Shown piece by piece: positions 1 to 9,536 of a stretch of 64,000 bases of DNA (the stretch's first letter is position 1; each line of letters starts with the position of its first letter). Under the pieces are notes generated by a model. It had not been told where the DNA came from, ran no database searches, and was given only the letters and a program-made list of their open reading frames with translations. The position numbers and the translations under genes were made by a program. This DNA comes from an uncultured Acidobacteriota bacterium. Its GTDB lineage: Bacteria; Acidobacteriota; Vicinamibacteria; Vicinamibacterales; CAVVIG01. The stretch lies in the NCBI GenBank assembly GCA_963745495.1, contig CAVUXJ010000005.1, positions 198,847 through 262,846 of the forward strand. Direction: 5' to 3'.

Positions 1-137
1 TTGATGCCCGGCGCGGGAGTTTCCTGCCCGCCGTTCAGTGTTGCCGTCAAGGTATACGTTTGGGCCGACGCCGGGACTGCGGTCAATCCGATCGTCACCA
101 GCGCGGCAAGTAGCGGAGTCATCCAGCGCGTGTTCAT
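1..137 (-). CDS. Secreted CHRD-domain-like protein, N-terminal part (runs off window start)
   Basis: Manual translation MNTRWMTPLLAALVTIGLTAVPASAQTYTLTATLNGGQETP: signal peptide ending ASA, then a CHRD-like ATLNGGQE motif; GGAGGAG RBS at 144-150. Confidence 0.6.
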   Translation of the reverse strand, partial: MNTRWMTPLLAALVTIGLTAVPASAQTYTLTATLNGGQETPAPGI

Positions 138-353
138 GGGCATCTCCTCCGAAAGGCATTGAAGACAGTGAATGAGGCGAGCGCGAGGCTCGGAGTCGTG
201 ACGATAGGCAGAATGTACGCCAAGTTGATGTCGTCTGTAAATTACTTGCCGTTAAGAGGTTAGCGGAAACACGCGAATCGCGGTCTCGGGTCCCGCTTAC
301 CATTCCAGAAAGTGGCGGCGGGCGACGTAAACTCGTGGTGGCGTTCAACGTTT

Positions 354-1094
354 GTGGACATCCTGGACAAGGTCGCATTGATCACCGGCGGAAAGCGGAT
401 CGGCCTCGTGGTCGCCGAAACGCTCGCCAAACACGGGGTGGACATCGCCCTGTCCTACATGCATTCGCGCACCGAGGCCGAGGACGCAGCCGCGCGGGTC
501 AAGGCGGCCGGCCGGCGTGCGGCGGTCCTCCAGGCGGATCTCCAGGTGCCCGAAGCCTGTTCGGCCCTCGTCAAGGACGTTGCGCGGACGCTGGGCCGGC
601 TCGACATCCTGATCAACATGGCGTCGGTCTACGTCGAGCGGCCGTTCGAAGAGGTGCGTGTCGCCGACTGGAACGCCGGGCTCGATGTCGATCTTCGGGC
701 GTGCTTTTTTTGCGCACAGGCAGCCGTACCCTTCATGCGCACGCAGGGGGGCGGCCGCATCGTCAATTTCACCGATTGGACCGCCAAGAGTGGGCGGCCG
801 CGCTATCGCGGCTTCGTGCCCTATTACGTCGCAAAGGCTGGTGTGATCGCACTCACCGAGGCGCTCGCGCTGGAACTGGCGGCTGACAATATTCTCGTGA
901 ACGCCATCGCACCCGGTCCCATCCTGCCCCCTGCGTCATCGAGCGATGAGGAGATTCGTGCGGTGGAGCGGGCCACGCCGCTCGGCCGATGGGGGAGTGA
1001 AATCGAGATTGCCAAGGCGGTCCTGGCGCTGCTCGACGGCAATTTCACTACGGGTGAAACCATCCGCGTCGATGGCGGCCGTCACCTGAAGTAG
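354..1094 (+). CDS. SDR oxidoreductase, pteridine reductase/FolM-like
   Basis: TGGKRIG Rossmann motif, YYVAK catalytic YxxxK, VNAIAPG, TGETIRVDGG; GTG at 354 preferred over 312. Confidence 0.75.
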   Translation: MDILDKVALITGGKRIGLVVAETLAKHGVDIALSYMHSRTEAEDAAARVKAAGRRAAVLQADLQVPEACSALVKDVARTLGRLDILINMASVYVERPFEEVRVADWNAGLDVDLRACFFCAQAAVPFMRTQGGGRIVNFTDWTAKSGRPRYRGFVPYYVAKAGVIALTEALALELAADNILVNAIAPGPILPPASSSDEEIRAVERATPLGRWGSEIEIAKAVLALLDGNFTTGETIRVDGGRHLK

Positions 1095-1184
1095 GCGGAA
1101 CCCGAGCCACGAAATATCGACATTCCAAGTCTGACATCCGATCAAGACTCCAGACCTCGTACTTCAGGTTGGGTCGTTTCTGTT

Positions 1185-2069
1185 TCAGCGGTCCTTGGAT
1201 GGACTGGCGGCGGGCTCGATGCCTGCGCGCTCGAGGATGGACGCGAGAACGGCCGGCGCGCGCCGGATGGGCAGATTGCTGATGTAAAAGTGGCGGGCGC
1301 CGACATCGAGCAGCGTCCGCAGGGTCCGGGCGCAAGCCTCCTCGGCGCTGGCGCCCGCCGCGAACTCGCGCGTGAGCCCTTCGACCGGCACGGGCAGAAA
1401 GCTCTGGAGCGCGGCAAGGGTACGAGGGTTCGCGCTCCGGTAGAAAAACACGCCGAATACGGCTGGTAATGTCATTGCGCGCCGTCTGGCGGCGTTGAGA
1501 AACCGTTCGACGGTCCTGACGTCGTGATGACTGACAACCTGTGTGAGGTAGAACTCTGCGTGAAAGCTCGGCGACGCAAGGTAGTCAATCTGCGTGTCGG
1601 CATCGCCGTGCGGGTTCGCCCATCCGCCGAGCGTGATCGCGTGGTCGCGGGCGTGAAGCAGCTGCCGCAATTGCCATGCATGTTCAACCGATCGCGGCAT
1701 GCCCACCGACTTGTCGCCGCCGAGCACGACCAGCGCGGGAAAGCCGGCTTGGTGCGCTCTGTCGGCGTATGACAGGCAGTACTCGAGCGAGTGCTTCGCC
1801 GTGAGAAACGGCACGATTCGCTGGCGGGGAACGTCCTTGCCGAGGTTCGTGACGAGATGCCGCAGGTTGTCCTCTTCCTCGGCGCCCACTGCGCTGTCGG
1901 TCAGGAAGACGAAGGTGCCCTCCCGGGTGAACCGCCGCACCGCGTGGTACGTGTCGATCCAGGCGTCCATCCCTTCGCCCGGAGTGAGCTCCGTCCGCGG
2001 GGGCCGCAATTCGGCGCCGAACACGGACGCGCCGGCGCGCAGGGCGGACAAGAGATCGGGAACTGCCAT
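1185..2069 (-). CDS. Divergent methylenetetrahydrofolate reductase (MetF)-like flavoprotein
   Basis: AELRPPR (cf. FEFFPPK), VVLGGD (cf. ALRGD) and YLTQ (cf. FITQ) in MetF order, 294 aa. Confidence 0.55.
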   Translation of the reverse strand: MAVPDLLSALRAGASVFGAELRPPRTELTPGEGMDAWIDTYHAVRRFTREGTFVFLTDSAVGAEEEDNLRHLVTNLGKDVPRQRIVPFLTAKHSLEYCLSYADRAHQAGFPALVVLGGDKSVGMPRSVEHAWQLRQLLHARDHAITLGGWANPHGDADTQIDYLASPSFHAEFYLTQVVSHHDVRTVERFLNAARRRAMTLPAVFGVFFYRSANPRTLAALQSFLPVPVEGLTREFAAGASAEEACARTLRTLLDVGARHFYISNLPIRRAPAVLASILERAGIEPAASPSKDR

Positions 2070-2070
2070 G

Positions 2071-2148
2071 GGCAGGACGGGCGGGAGGGGCAGGAACGGC
2101 AGGAGCGGACGCCTTCCAGCCCCTCCTGCCTCTCCTGCCTATCCGGCC
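2071..2148. repeat. Palindromic array of 9-bp units (GGCAGGAnn x4, inverted x4)
   Basis: ggcaggacg/ggcgggagg/ggcaggaac/ggcaggagc then cttccagcc/cctcctgcc/tctcctgcc/tatccggcc. Confidence 0.8.
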
Positions 2149-2564
2149 CTTCTATAGGTCTTGAGGGCTTCGTCGATGAGAAACAAGTCTGTCAGCAGCG
2201 CCCGCAGGTGAATGGAGGCATTGAGGTTGTCGACCAGCTGGGAGCTGATGGCCGGCTGGGCCAGCACCAGCCGTACGGCTGCCTGGGCATCGCGCGCGTC
2301 GCGGTCGAGCACCGTCATGAACGCCGTGAAAGGCGCCGCCGACTCGACACCGATCTGCTCAACGAATCTGTTCAGAAATCCGGCCAGATCCGTGAGCGCC
2401 TCGTCAGACCTGCGGAGGAACGTCCGAATCTGGCTTCCGCTGCCGGTGCCCACGTCGCTATCAAGTCCTTGTGCCGCGTACGCGAGCATGAACTCATAGC
2501 ACTCTTCGATCGCGTTGCAGCGGCTGTTCAGCTCGGCCCGCGCGGCTTCGAGTACGGCGCTCAC
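2139..2564 (-). CDS. Hypothetical helical protein (141 aa)
   Basis: GTG start overlaps the cytochrome b stop (GTGA); protein-like sequence IEECYEFMLAYAAQG...DNLNASIHLRALLTDLFLIDE. Confidence 0.7.
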   Translation of the reverse strand: MSAVLEAARAELNSRCNAIEECYEFMLAYAAQGLDSDVGTGSGSQIRTFLRRSDEALTDLAGFLNRFVEQIGVESAAPFTAFMTVLDRDARDAQAAVRLVLAQPAISSQLVDNLNASIHLRALLTDLFLIDEALKTYRRAG

Positions 2565-3406
2565 GCCCTGCCCGCCGGCTGTGTCTTCCTGCCCTTCACG
2601 TTCCAACGACCGCGATCGTGATGCTCGAGGTACTGGCGGCGCGTGATCCAGCCGAAGATCATCCCTCTCGTGATCCAGAACAGGTCGGGGCGAAGCGCGA
2701 AGTACACGTGCGCCATCACGAGGCCGACGAGCCCGACACCGGCAAAGCCGTGCAGCAGGTACGTCCACCCCCACGTCGTGTCGCTCATGAAGTAGGGATT
2801 GCGGGTGAGGATAGGCGTGCGGACGCGCTGGATCATCAGCAGCCCCGTCAGGACCGCCGCGAAGCCGACGACGACGATCGCGAGGTGGTACAGGCGGTTG
2901 CCGAGGGGATATTTGCCCGGTTTCGGTCCTGGCACATCGTGACCGAGCTCGCGCAGGATCTCGGACTTGAATTCTGGAATGTCTTTCGGACCCACCCAGA
3001 TGGACCAGAAGTCCAGCCAGAAGGTGGCGTGGAAGATATGGAAAATGATCGATCCTGTCAGAACGAGCCCGGCCATCCAGTGCCACTGCACCCAGGGGAA
3101 CCTGATCCCGGAGATGGGCAGGAACGCCGTGAACAGCAGCGTGAACATGGAGGCGGCCATCACCCAGTGGAACATGCGGGCCATGAACGAGTGCCGCGGG
3201 ATGCGCTCGGGGAGATCCTTGTTGGTGGCTTCGAGCGCGTCAACTTCGGCCGTGTTCCGTTTCCGATGCGCGGACAGCACCATGTAGCTCGCGTGCGCGA
3301 CAAGGAACATGAGGCCCGCGATCAAGGACGCCCACAGCAGGTCCCACGAAATGTGCGTCAGGATGTCTTGTCCCCAAGGATTGCGTCCCCACGACAGGAA
3401 GTTCAT
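2561..3406 (-). CDS. Membrane cytochrome b, formate dehydrogenase gamma subunit (FdnI)/Ni-hydrogenase cyt b family
   Basis: RHSFMARMFHW, QWHW, GKYPLGNRLYH, LLHG and MAHVYFA heme-ligand histidines; EHH tail; five hydrophobic segments. Confidence 0.8.
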   Translation of the reverse strand: MNFLSWGRNPWGQDILTHISWDLLWASLIAGLMFLVAHASYMVLSAHRKRNTAEVDALEATNKDLPERIPRHSFMARMFHWVMAASMFTLLFTAFLPISGIRFPWVQWHWMAGLVLTGSIIFHIFHATFWLDFWSIWVGPKDIPEFKSEILRELGHDVPGPKPGKYPLGNRLYHLAIVVVGFAAVLTGLLMIQRVRTPILTRNPYFMSDTTWGWTYLLHGFAGVGLVGLVMAHVYFALRPDLFWITRGMIFGWITRRQYLEHHDRGRWNVKGRKTQPAGRA

Positions 3407-3523
3407 GTTGTCCCCTTTGCCCTATATAAGACCTGCGCTGCCGTGCGGGCCACGGCAGCGAGGCGTCAGCGTAAATGTAAAGGGCGCCGGACCGGGACAC
3501 GCCGGCGCCGATGAAACGCAGTA

Positions 3524-4540
3524 CTAGGTGGTCGCCGTCGGCCCGGTCCCGCGGATGGCGCGTTTGACGAGGTTGCGCATCAGGGGAATCTTGTAGCCGT
3601 TGTAGCGGAGCGGCACGGCGCCCTCGACGGCCAGCCGGCCGGCCAGGTCCGCCGTCGCGTCATTGCGCGGCTGCCCGGCCACCGCCGTCTCGACCGCCCG
3701 CAGCCGCACCGGCGTCGCCGCGACGGCGCCCACCGCCAGGCGCAGGGCCTGGATCGTGCCGCCCGAGGCTTTCATCGCCGAGGCGACGTTGACGAGCGGA
3801 AAGTCCCAGACCTGCCGGTCGCGCACCTTCTCGAAGTAGAACTGGGCCCCGGCCCAGGTCGCCGGAAGCCGGATGGCCGTCAGCAGTTCGCCCGGCCGCA
3901 GCACCGTCATCCGCATGATGTCGATCCCCGGGCCCACAAAGTAGGCTTCCGCGTCCACCACCCGTTCCCCGCCCCCCGCGCGGCGCAGCACCATCTGCGC
4001 GTCGAGCGCGATCAGCGCCGGCGCCGTGTCCGACGGGCTCACCGCCACGCAGCGGTCGGCATTGAGGATCGCGTGCTCGCGGTTGATCGCCGTCGGCGTA
4101 TCCGCATAGCAGATGTTGCCGCCCGCCCGATAGCACGTCCAGCCGCTGCGGTAATACCAGCAGCGCGTGTCCTGCGAGACGTTGCCGCCGAGCGTCCCCT
4201 GGTTGCGGATCTGCGGCGAGGCCACCAGGTCGGCCGCTTCCCGCAGCAGCCCGAACTGCTCGCGCACCACCGGGTGCCGCCCGACCTCGGTCAGCGTGGT
4301 CAGCGCCCCGATCTCGAGGCCGCCGTTGACCTCCTTGATCCCGCGCAGCTCCGCCACCTGGCTCAGGTCGATGACGAGGCTGGTCCGCTTCGCCCGGTCC
4401 TTGAGCCAGTCAAACGTATCGAGGCCGCCCGCCATGATCCAGGCCTCGGCTCCGTAGCGATCCAGCAGGCTCAGGGTATCGGCCACCGTCGCCGGCTGAA
4501 ACAGCTCGAAGACCGGCATCACGTCGCGAATGACTGCCAT
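3524..4540 (-). CDS. Xanthine dehydrogenase family FAD-binding medium subunit, PaoB/YagS-like (copy 1)
   Basis: ASPQIRNQGTLGGN, Cys-rich insert RCWYYR...CYRAGGNIC...C typical of the 4Fe-4S-bearing PaoB/HcrB type, NGYKIPL. Confidence 0.9.
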   Translation of the reverse strand: MAVIRDVMPVFELFQPATVADTLSLLDRYGAEAWIMAGGLDTFDWLKDRAKRTSLVIDLSQVAELRGIKEVNGGLEIGALTTLTEVGRHPVVREQFGLLREAADLVASPQIRNQGTLGGNVSQDTRCWYYRSGWTCYRAGGNICYADTPTAINREHAILNADRCVAVSPSDTAPALIALDAQMVLRRAGGGERVVDAEAYFVGPGIDIMRMTVLRPGELLTAIRLPATWAGAQFYFEKVRDRQVWDFPLVNVASAMKASGGTIQALRLAVGAVAATPVRLRAVETAVAGQPRNDATADLAGRLAVEGAVPLRYNGYKIPLMRNLVKRAIRGTGPTATT

Positions 4541-4556
4541 ATCAGTTGCTCCTGAA

Positions 4557-4690
4557 ATCTGGAGATCGGGTCATCGGGTGATCTGGTCACGGCTGGAGTC
4601 AGGTGACTGACCCATCCCCCAAATCACTAACTCGTAAATCACTGAATCGCCAAACCACCAAGTCGCCAAATCACTCCTGATCACTAAATG
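4557..4690. repeat. Palindromic array of 8-bp units (ATCTGGTC type)
   Basis: atctggag/atcgggtc/atcgggtg/atctggtc then inverted cactaact/cactgaat/cgccaaac/caccaagt/cgccaaat/cactaaat; near-identical copy at 14068-14200. Confidence 0.75.
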
Positions 4691-7191
4691 TTTGCCGTCA
4701 ACGTGTCATGCATCGGCCGGCCGTGTTCGAGCGCCATCAGGATCATGTCCGGCGTCACCGGCGCGCGACGGAAAACCTCGTCGCTATTGAGCGCCGCCGA
4801 GATTGCATTCACGATGGCGCCGAAGCCCGCACCGACCGGCGCTTCGCCCACGCCGCGCGAACCCACCGGGGTCTCCGGATCGGCGATATCGACCGCCGCC
4901 CATTGCATCTTCGCCGGCGCATCGAGAATTGACGGGGGCTTGCTGTAATGGAAGCGCTTGGCGAGCGGCACGCCGTAGTGCTGGTCGTACACCCACTTCT
5001 GACCGATCGCATGGCCGATCCCGAGCATCACCCCGCCGAGAATCTGACCGCCCAGATTGCGCGGATGCAGCACGGTCCCGCAGTCGGCCACCGCCAGGTA
5101 ATCGAGGATCTTGTACGCTCCGGTTTCGGTGTCGATCTCCACCTCGGCAAACCCGGCGACGTACGATTTCGAAATGCCGTCGCGGCCGTAATTGTCCTTC
5201 GCAACGCCCATCAGGCCTTGCCCGGCGAGCGCGGTCGCCGACGTTCTGGTGACGGGGTTGATATCGGCCGGCAGTTCATGGCCGTCGTACGTCCCGCCGA
5301 GTTCGATCGCCTTCTGCGCCGCCTGGGCCAGCGTCATGCTGCGTCCGCCTCCAGACACCCGCTCGTTCGCGACCTGATACGAGGCGGGAGCGCCGCCGAG
5401 CGTCTTGGCCGCGATCTCCTGCAGCTTCTTCTTGGCGTCGGATGCGGCTGCGTGGGCCGCGCGCGGCATGGCGTGCGCCGTCTGGCTGCCGCCCTGGTTG
5501 CATGTGTTCGGCAGGTTCTTGGCCGTGTTGCCCCAAGCGATATCGACTTTGTCCCACGGCACACCGAGGATGTCCGCCGCCACGCGATGGGAGTCGAACA
5601 CCGATTCGGTGCCCAGGTTGCCAATGCCCGACTGGATGGCGAGCCGGCCGTCCGGCTTGATCACCATGAGCCCGTCGAACCCGATCGAGCCGGCGGAATA
5701 CGTGCTCACTGCGACGCCGACGCCGCTCACCTTGGATCCCACGCGCTGCCCGCTTCGCGCTTTCCGCTCTTCCCAGTTGAAGAGCGCGGCCCCTTTGTCC
5801 AGGGCGTCCTTCAGGAACGCGCTCGTCACATGATTCCGCTGTCCGCGCGCGTTGGGGGCGCCAAAGTCCGCCTTCCCCTCAGGGGCGTTGATCCGCCGGA
5901 TGGCGACCTGATCGATGCCGAGCTGACGAGCCGCCTTCGCGAGGATCGGCTCCATCAGCGAGTTACCCTGCATCCCACCCGGCGCGCGCTGAGCGCCGCG
6001 CGGCGGGGTGTTCGTCAGCACGGTGACCATGCGCCACCGCATCGCGAGCGGCTGACAGGCCAGCGAGATATGGTCACCGGCCGACCGCGAATCGTTCACG
6101 ACGTCGTACGGCCCGTTGTCGATGATGGCGAACCCGTCGAGCGCCGTGATGCGGCCATCCTTCCGGAAGCCGATCTTCACGCGCGAATGCAGCGCCGGGC
6201 GGGCGCGGCCGATGGCATGCTCGTCGTCGCGCGTGATCCGCATCATGACCGGCGCGTTGGCTTTCTTCGACAAGAGCGCCGCCACAGCCACGAACACCGA
6301 CGAGGAGCCCTTGCTGCCGAAACCGCCGCCGGTGTACTCGCTGATGATGACGACGTTCTCGGGCGGGATGCCGACCCATCGCGCGACCGAGCCGACGGTG
6401 CGCATGGTGCTCTGGGTCGAGCAGTGCATATACAGCTTGCCGTTCTGCCAGTACGCCATCGCGGTGCGCGTCTCGAGCGGCTGATGGCTCGTGTTGTTCC
6501 CGACGAACGTCTCGTCGAGAATGAGGTCGGCCTGCTTGAAGCCCGCCTCGACATCGCCGGCCTGCCACTCGTCCGTGTGCTTGCCGAGCGGAAGTTGTCC
6601 GGGTCCGGCCGCGGCGAAATCCTCGTCCGTCCACTTCAGTTCCTGCACCTGAGGCCGCGCGGGCGCGGCCGCCGGGCCTGCCCCTGGTCCTGCCTGTGGG
6701 GCGCCCGGCGCCGGCAGCGGGCGAACCCAGGCGTTGCCCTGCGTGCGCGCGTTGGGACTGTTGGGTCGCAGCGTCTCAATCGGATCCACCGCGAAGGGCA
6801 GCGGCTCGTACTCGACCTGGATCCGCTCGATCGCTTCGGTCGCGGTCAGCTCGTCCACCGCCGCCACCGCCAGAATCGGCTCGCCATGGTACAGCGGCTC
6901 CATCGTCAGGCCGCGCTCGCTCAGCGTGCTCGCGATGATGCCTTCGCCGAGGTTCGCGCCCTCGACGACGGCCGGCAGATCGTCGACCGTCAGGATCGCT
7001 TTGACGCCCGGCATCGCGAGCGCCGCGCTCGTGTCGATGCGTATCACTCGGGCGTGCGGCATCGGGCTGCACAGCAGCTTCGCGAACAGCATGCCCTCCG
7101 CGCGGAAGTCTTCGGCGTACTTCGCCTTGCCCGTGACTTTCGCGACGAGGTCGGGGGTCGAATAATTCTGGCCGACTAATTTATCTGCCAT
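4684..7191 (-). CDS. Xanthine dehydrogenase family molybdopterin-binding large subunit (copy 1)
   Basis: KVTGKAKYAED, GGGFGSK, QRAPG, RGVGEAP with catalytic Glu, 835 aa. Confidence 0.92.
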   Translation of the reverse strand: MADKLVGQNYSTPDLVAKVTGKAKYAEDFRAEGMLFAKLLCSPMPHARVIRIDTSAALAMPGVKAILTVDDLPAVVEGANLGEGIIASTLSERGLTMEPLYHGEPILAVAAVDELTATEAIERIQVEYEPLPFAVDPIETLRPNSPNARTQGNAWVRPLPAPGAPQAGPGAGPAAAPARPQVQELKWTDEDFAAAGPGQLPLGKHTDEWQAGDVEAGFKQADLILDETFVGNNTSHQPLETRTAMAYWQNGKLYMHCSTQSTMRTVGSVARWVGIPPENVVIISEYTGGGFGSKGSSSVFVAVAALLSKKANAPVMMRITRDDEHAIGRARPALHSRVKIGFRKDGRITALDGFAIIDNGPYDVVNDSRSAGDHISLACQPLAMRWRMVTVLTNTPPRGAQRAPGGMQGNSLMEPILAKAARQLGIDQVAIRRINAPEGKADFGAPNARGQRNHVTSAFLKDALDKGAALFNWEERKARSGQRVGSKVSGVGVAVSTYSAGSIGFDGLMVIKPDGRLAIQSGIGNLGTESVFDSHRVAADILGVPWDKVDIAWGNTAKNLPNTCNQGGSQTAHAMPRAAHAAASDAKKKLQEIAAKTLGGAPASYQVANERVSGGGRSMTLAQAAQKAIELGGTYDGHELPADINPVTRTSATALAGQGLMGVAKDNYGRDGISKSYVAGFAEVEIDTETGAYKILDYLAVADCGTVLHPRNLGGQILGGVMLGIGHAIGQKWVYDQHYGVPLAKRFHYSKPPSILDAPAKMQWAAVDIADPETPVGSRGVGEAPVGAGFGAIVNAISAALNSDEVFRRAPVTPDMILMALEHGRPMHDTLTANI

Positions 7192-7193
7192 TG

Positions 7194-7811
7194 TCAGGCC
7201 CTCCGCATGTTCTCAGCGCCCTTCATCAGGGCGGTGAGGATCTTGTCGTAGTCCTGGCACCGGCACAGATTGCCGGACACCCCATGCGCCAGCTCGGCCC
7301 GGGTCGGGTTCGGATTCGTCTTGAGGAAGCCGGCCGCCGCCATCACGAAGCCCGGCATGCAGAAGGCGCACTGGAACCCCTGCTCGCTCACCACGCCCTG
7401 CTGGATCGGATGCAGCGTCCCGTCGGCGCTGGCCAGCCCTTCGATCGTCACGATCTTCGCGCCGCGCACCGAATGCGTCAGCACCGAGCACGAATACCGG
7501 GGCACATCGTCCACCAGGACGGTGCAGGCGCCGCATTCCGAGCGGTCGCAGCCCAGCTTGGTGCCGGTCAGCCCGAGCTTGTAGCGCAACGTCATGGCCA
7601 GCGTTTCCTGCTTCATCACGTCGACGCGGCGATCCTGCCCGTTGACGTTCAGCGTCAGGAGCCGCTCGACGCTGCCCGGCAGCGACGGCTGCTGCCCGAG
7701 CAGCGCGCTCCCGCGGAACACATAGGCCGCCGACGAGACCGCGGCGCCCGCCGCAATCACTCCCTTGATGAAGTTCCGTCTGGAGACATCTCGTTGAGTG
7801 TCCTCAGTCAT
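7194..7811 (-). CDS. Tat-exported (2Fe-2S) small subunit, PaoA/YagT-like (copy 1)
   Basis: SRRNFIK twin-arginine signal; GCDRSECGACTV, QCAFCMPG, NLCRC. Confidence 0.92.
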   Translation of the reverse strand: MTEDTQRDVSRRNFIKGVIAAGAAVSSAAYVFRGSALLGQQPSLPGSVERLLTLNVNGQDRRVDVMKQETLAMTLRYKLGLTGTKLGCDRSECGACTVLVDDVPRYSCSVLTHSVRGAKIVTIEGLASADGTLHPIQQGVVSEQGFQCAFCMPGFVMAAAGFLKTNPNPTRAELAHGVSGNLCRCQDYDKILTALMKGAENMRRA

Positions 7812-7879
7812 CGTTCTATCTCCCATAGCTGAAGCGCCTAGGCTCGTTTGGACCGGGCTGGACAAGAGGAAATGAAGGA

Positions 7880-7908
7880 AACATACGCTGAATCGGGCCA
7901 GGTTTCAA
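7880..7908 (-). promoter_or_regulatory. Putative sigma70 promoter of unit 1
   Basis: TTGAAA-17 bp-TATGTT on the minus strand; equivalent motifs precede units 2 and 3. Confidence 0.55.
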
Positions 7909-8345
7909 GGTCTGACTGGATCGGTGGTCGTGGCGGGGATCGCCTCATCCACGGAAATGGACCATTCCAGCGCCGCTGATTCGATGCCAAGGTAGAACGG
8001 ACGGGGATCCTCGTTGACGTACACCGTATTGCTACCGGTGCCTCGATGGTCGACAGCCAGGACGAGCGGCCGTCCGCTGACGTCGCTGTAAACGGTGATC
8101 TGAAAGACTCCCTTCCCGGGAGCCGCCTCGTTGCGGGTTTCCCATTGCAGCCGCAGCGTGCCGGTATCGCTGATGAACGGTTCGGTCGATATTGGACCGC
8201 GGCCAGTCCAGGACCCGAGCTTCCGCCAGGCTTGCACGTCCCTTGTGACAGGCTTCGGTTTGTCTCCGCACGCGTCGAACAGGAAGCCGAACGTCGCTAC
8301 GACAACGACCTGGGAGCCGAGTAACCGGAGCGCTCGATAGTTCAA
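7905..8345 (-). CDS. Hypothetical exported/lipoprotein, paralog 1
   Basis: Hydrophobic N-terminus then ACG; aligns by eye with 12468-12902 (LGSWTGRG, WETRNE, SGRPL, NEDPR, LEWS); start codon uncertain. Confidence 0.7.
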   Translation of the reverse strand: MNYRALRLLGSQVVVVATFGFLFDACGDKPKPVTRDVQAWRKLGSWTGRGPISTEPFISDTGTLRLQWETRNEAAPGKGVFQITVYSDVSGRPLVLAVDHRGTGSNTVYVNEDPRPFYLGIESAALEWSISVDEAIPATTTDPVRP

Positions 8346-8377
8346 TGACCCGAGTACCCCGTGACTCGTGCCGAAGC

Positions 8378-8400
8378 GAAAGGGGGTACGACCCCTTTTT
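8378..8400. terminator. Hairpin with A/T flanks; possible bidirectional terminator or REP-like palindrome
   Basis: gaaagggggtacgaccccttttt downstream of FAD subunit copy 2. Confidence 0.45.
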
Positions 8401-8443
8401 GATGACGGATCGAGCAAAAAAGCGTCACAAGCGCCTTCCGCGA

Positions 8444-9459
8444 TCAGGTGGTCGCCGTCGGCCCGGTCCCGCGGATGGCGCGTTTGACGAGGTTGCGCAT
8501 CAGGGGAATCTTGTAGCCGTTGTAGCGGAGCGGCACGGCGCCCTCGACGGCCAGCCGGCCGGCCAGGTCCGCCGTCGCGTCGTTGCGCGGCTGCCCGGCC
8601 ACCGCCGTCTCGACCGCCCGCAGCCGCACCGGCGTCGCCGCGACGGCGCCCACCGCCAGGCGCAGGGCCTGGATCGTGCCGCCCGAGGCTTTCATCGCCG
8701 AGGCGACGTTGACGAGCGGAAAGTCCCAGACCTGCCGGTCGCGCACCTTCTCGAAGTAGAACTGGGCCCCGGCCCAGGTCGCCGGAAGCCGGATGGCCGT
8801 CAGCAGTTCGCCCGGCCGCAGCACCGTCATCCGCATGATGTCGATCCCCGGGCCCACAAAGTAGGCTTCCGCGTCCACCACCCGTTCCCCGCCCCCGCGC
8901 GGCGCAGCACCATCTGCGCGTCGAGCGCGATCAGCGCCGGCGCCGTGTCCGACGGGCTCACCGCCACGCAGCGGTCGGCATTGAGGATCGCGTGCTCGCG
9001 GTTGATCGCCGTCGGCGTATCCGCATAGCAGATGTTGCCGCCCGCCCGATAGCACGTCCAGCCGCTGCGGTAATACCAGCAGCGCGTGTCCTGCGAGACG
9101 TTGCCGCCGAGCGTCCCCTGGTTGCGGATCTGCGGCGAGGCCACCAGGTCGGCCGCTTCCCGCAGCAGCCCGAACTGCTCGCGCACCACCGGGTGCCGCC
9201 CGACCTCGGTCAGCGTGGTCAGCGCCCCGATCTCGAGGCCGCCGTTGACCTCCTTGATCCCGCGCAGCTCCGCCACCTGGCTCAGGTCGATGACGAGGCT
9301 GGTCCGCTTCGCCCGGTCCTTGAGCCAGTCAAACGTATCGAGGCCGCCCGCCATGATCCAGGCCTCGGCCCCGTAGCGATCCAGCAGGCTCAGGGTATCG
9401 GCCACCGTCGCCGGCTGAAACAGCTCGAAGACCGGCATCACGTCGCGAATGACTGCCAT
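8444..9459 (-). CDS. FAD-binding medium subunit (copy 2), apparent 1-bp frameshift near 8895
   Basis: Near-identical DNA to 3524-4540; one C missing in a C-run. Confidence 0.88.
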
Positions 9460-9473
9460 AGGCTGACTCCTGA

Positions 9474-9536
9474 ATCTGGTCATCGGGTCATCTAGTCATC
9501 TGGTCATTGATTGACCAAATAACCAGATAACTAGAT
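9474..9536. repeat. Palindromic array of 8-bp units
   Basis: atctggtc/atcgggtc/atctagtc/atctggtc then gaccaaat/aaccagat/aactagat. Confidence 0.8.
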
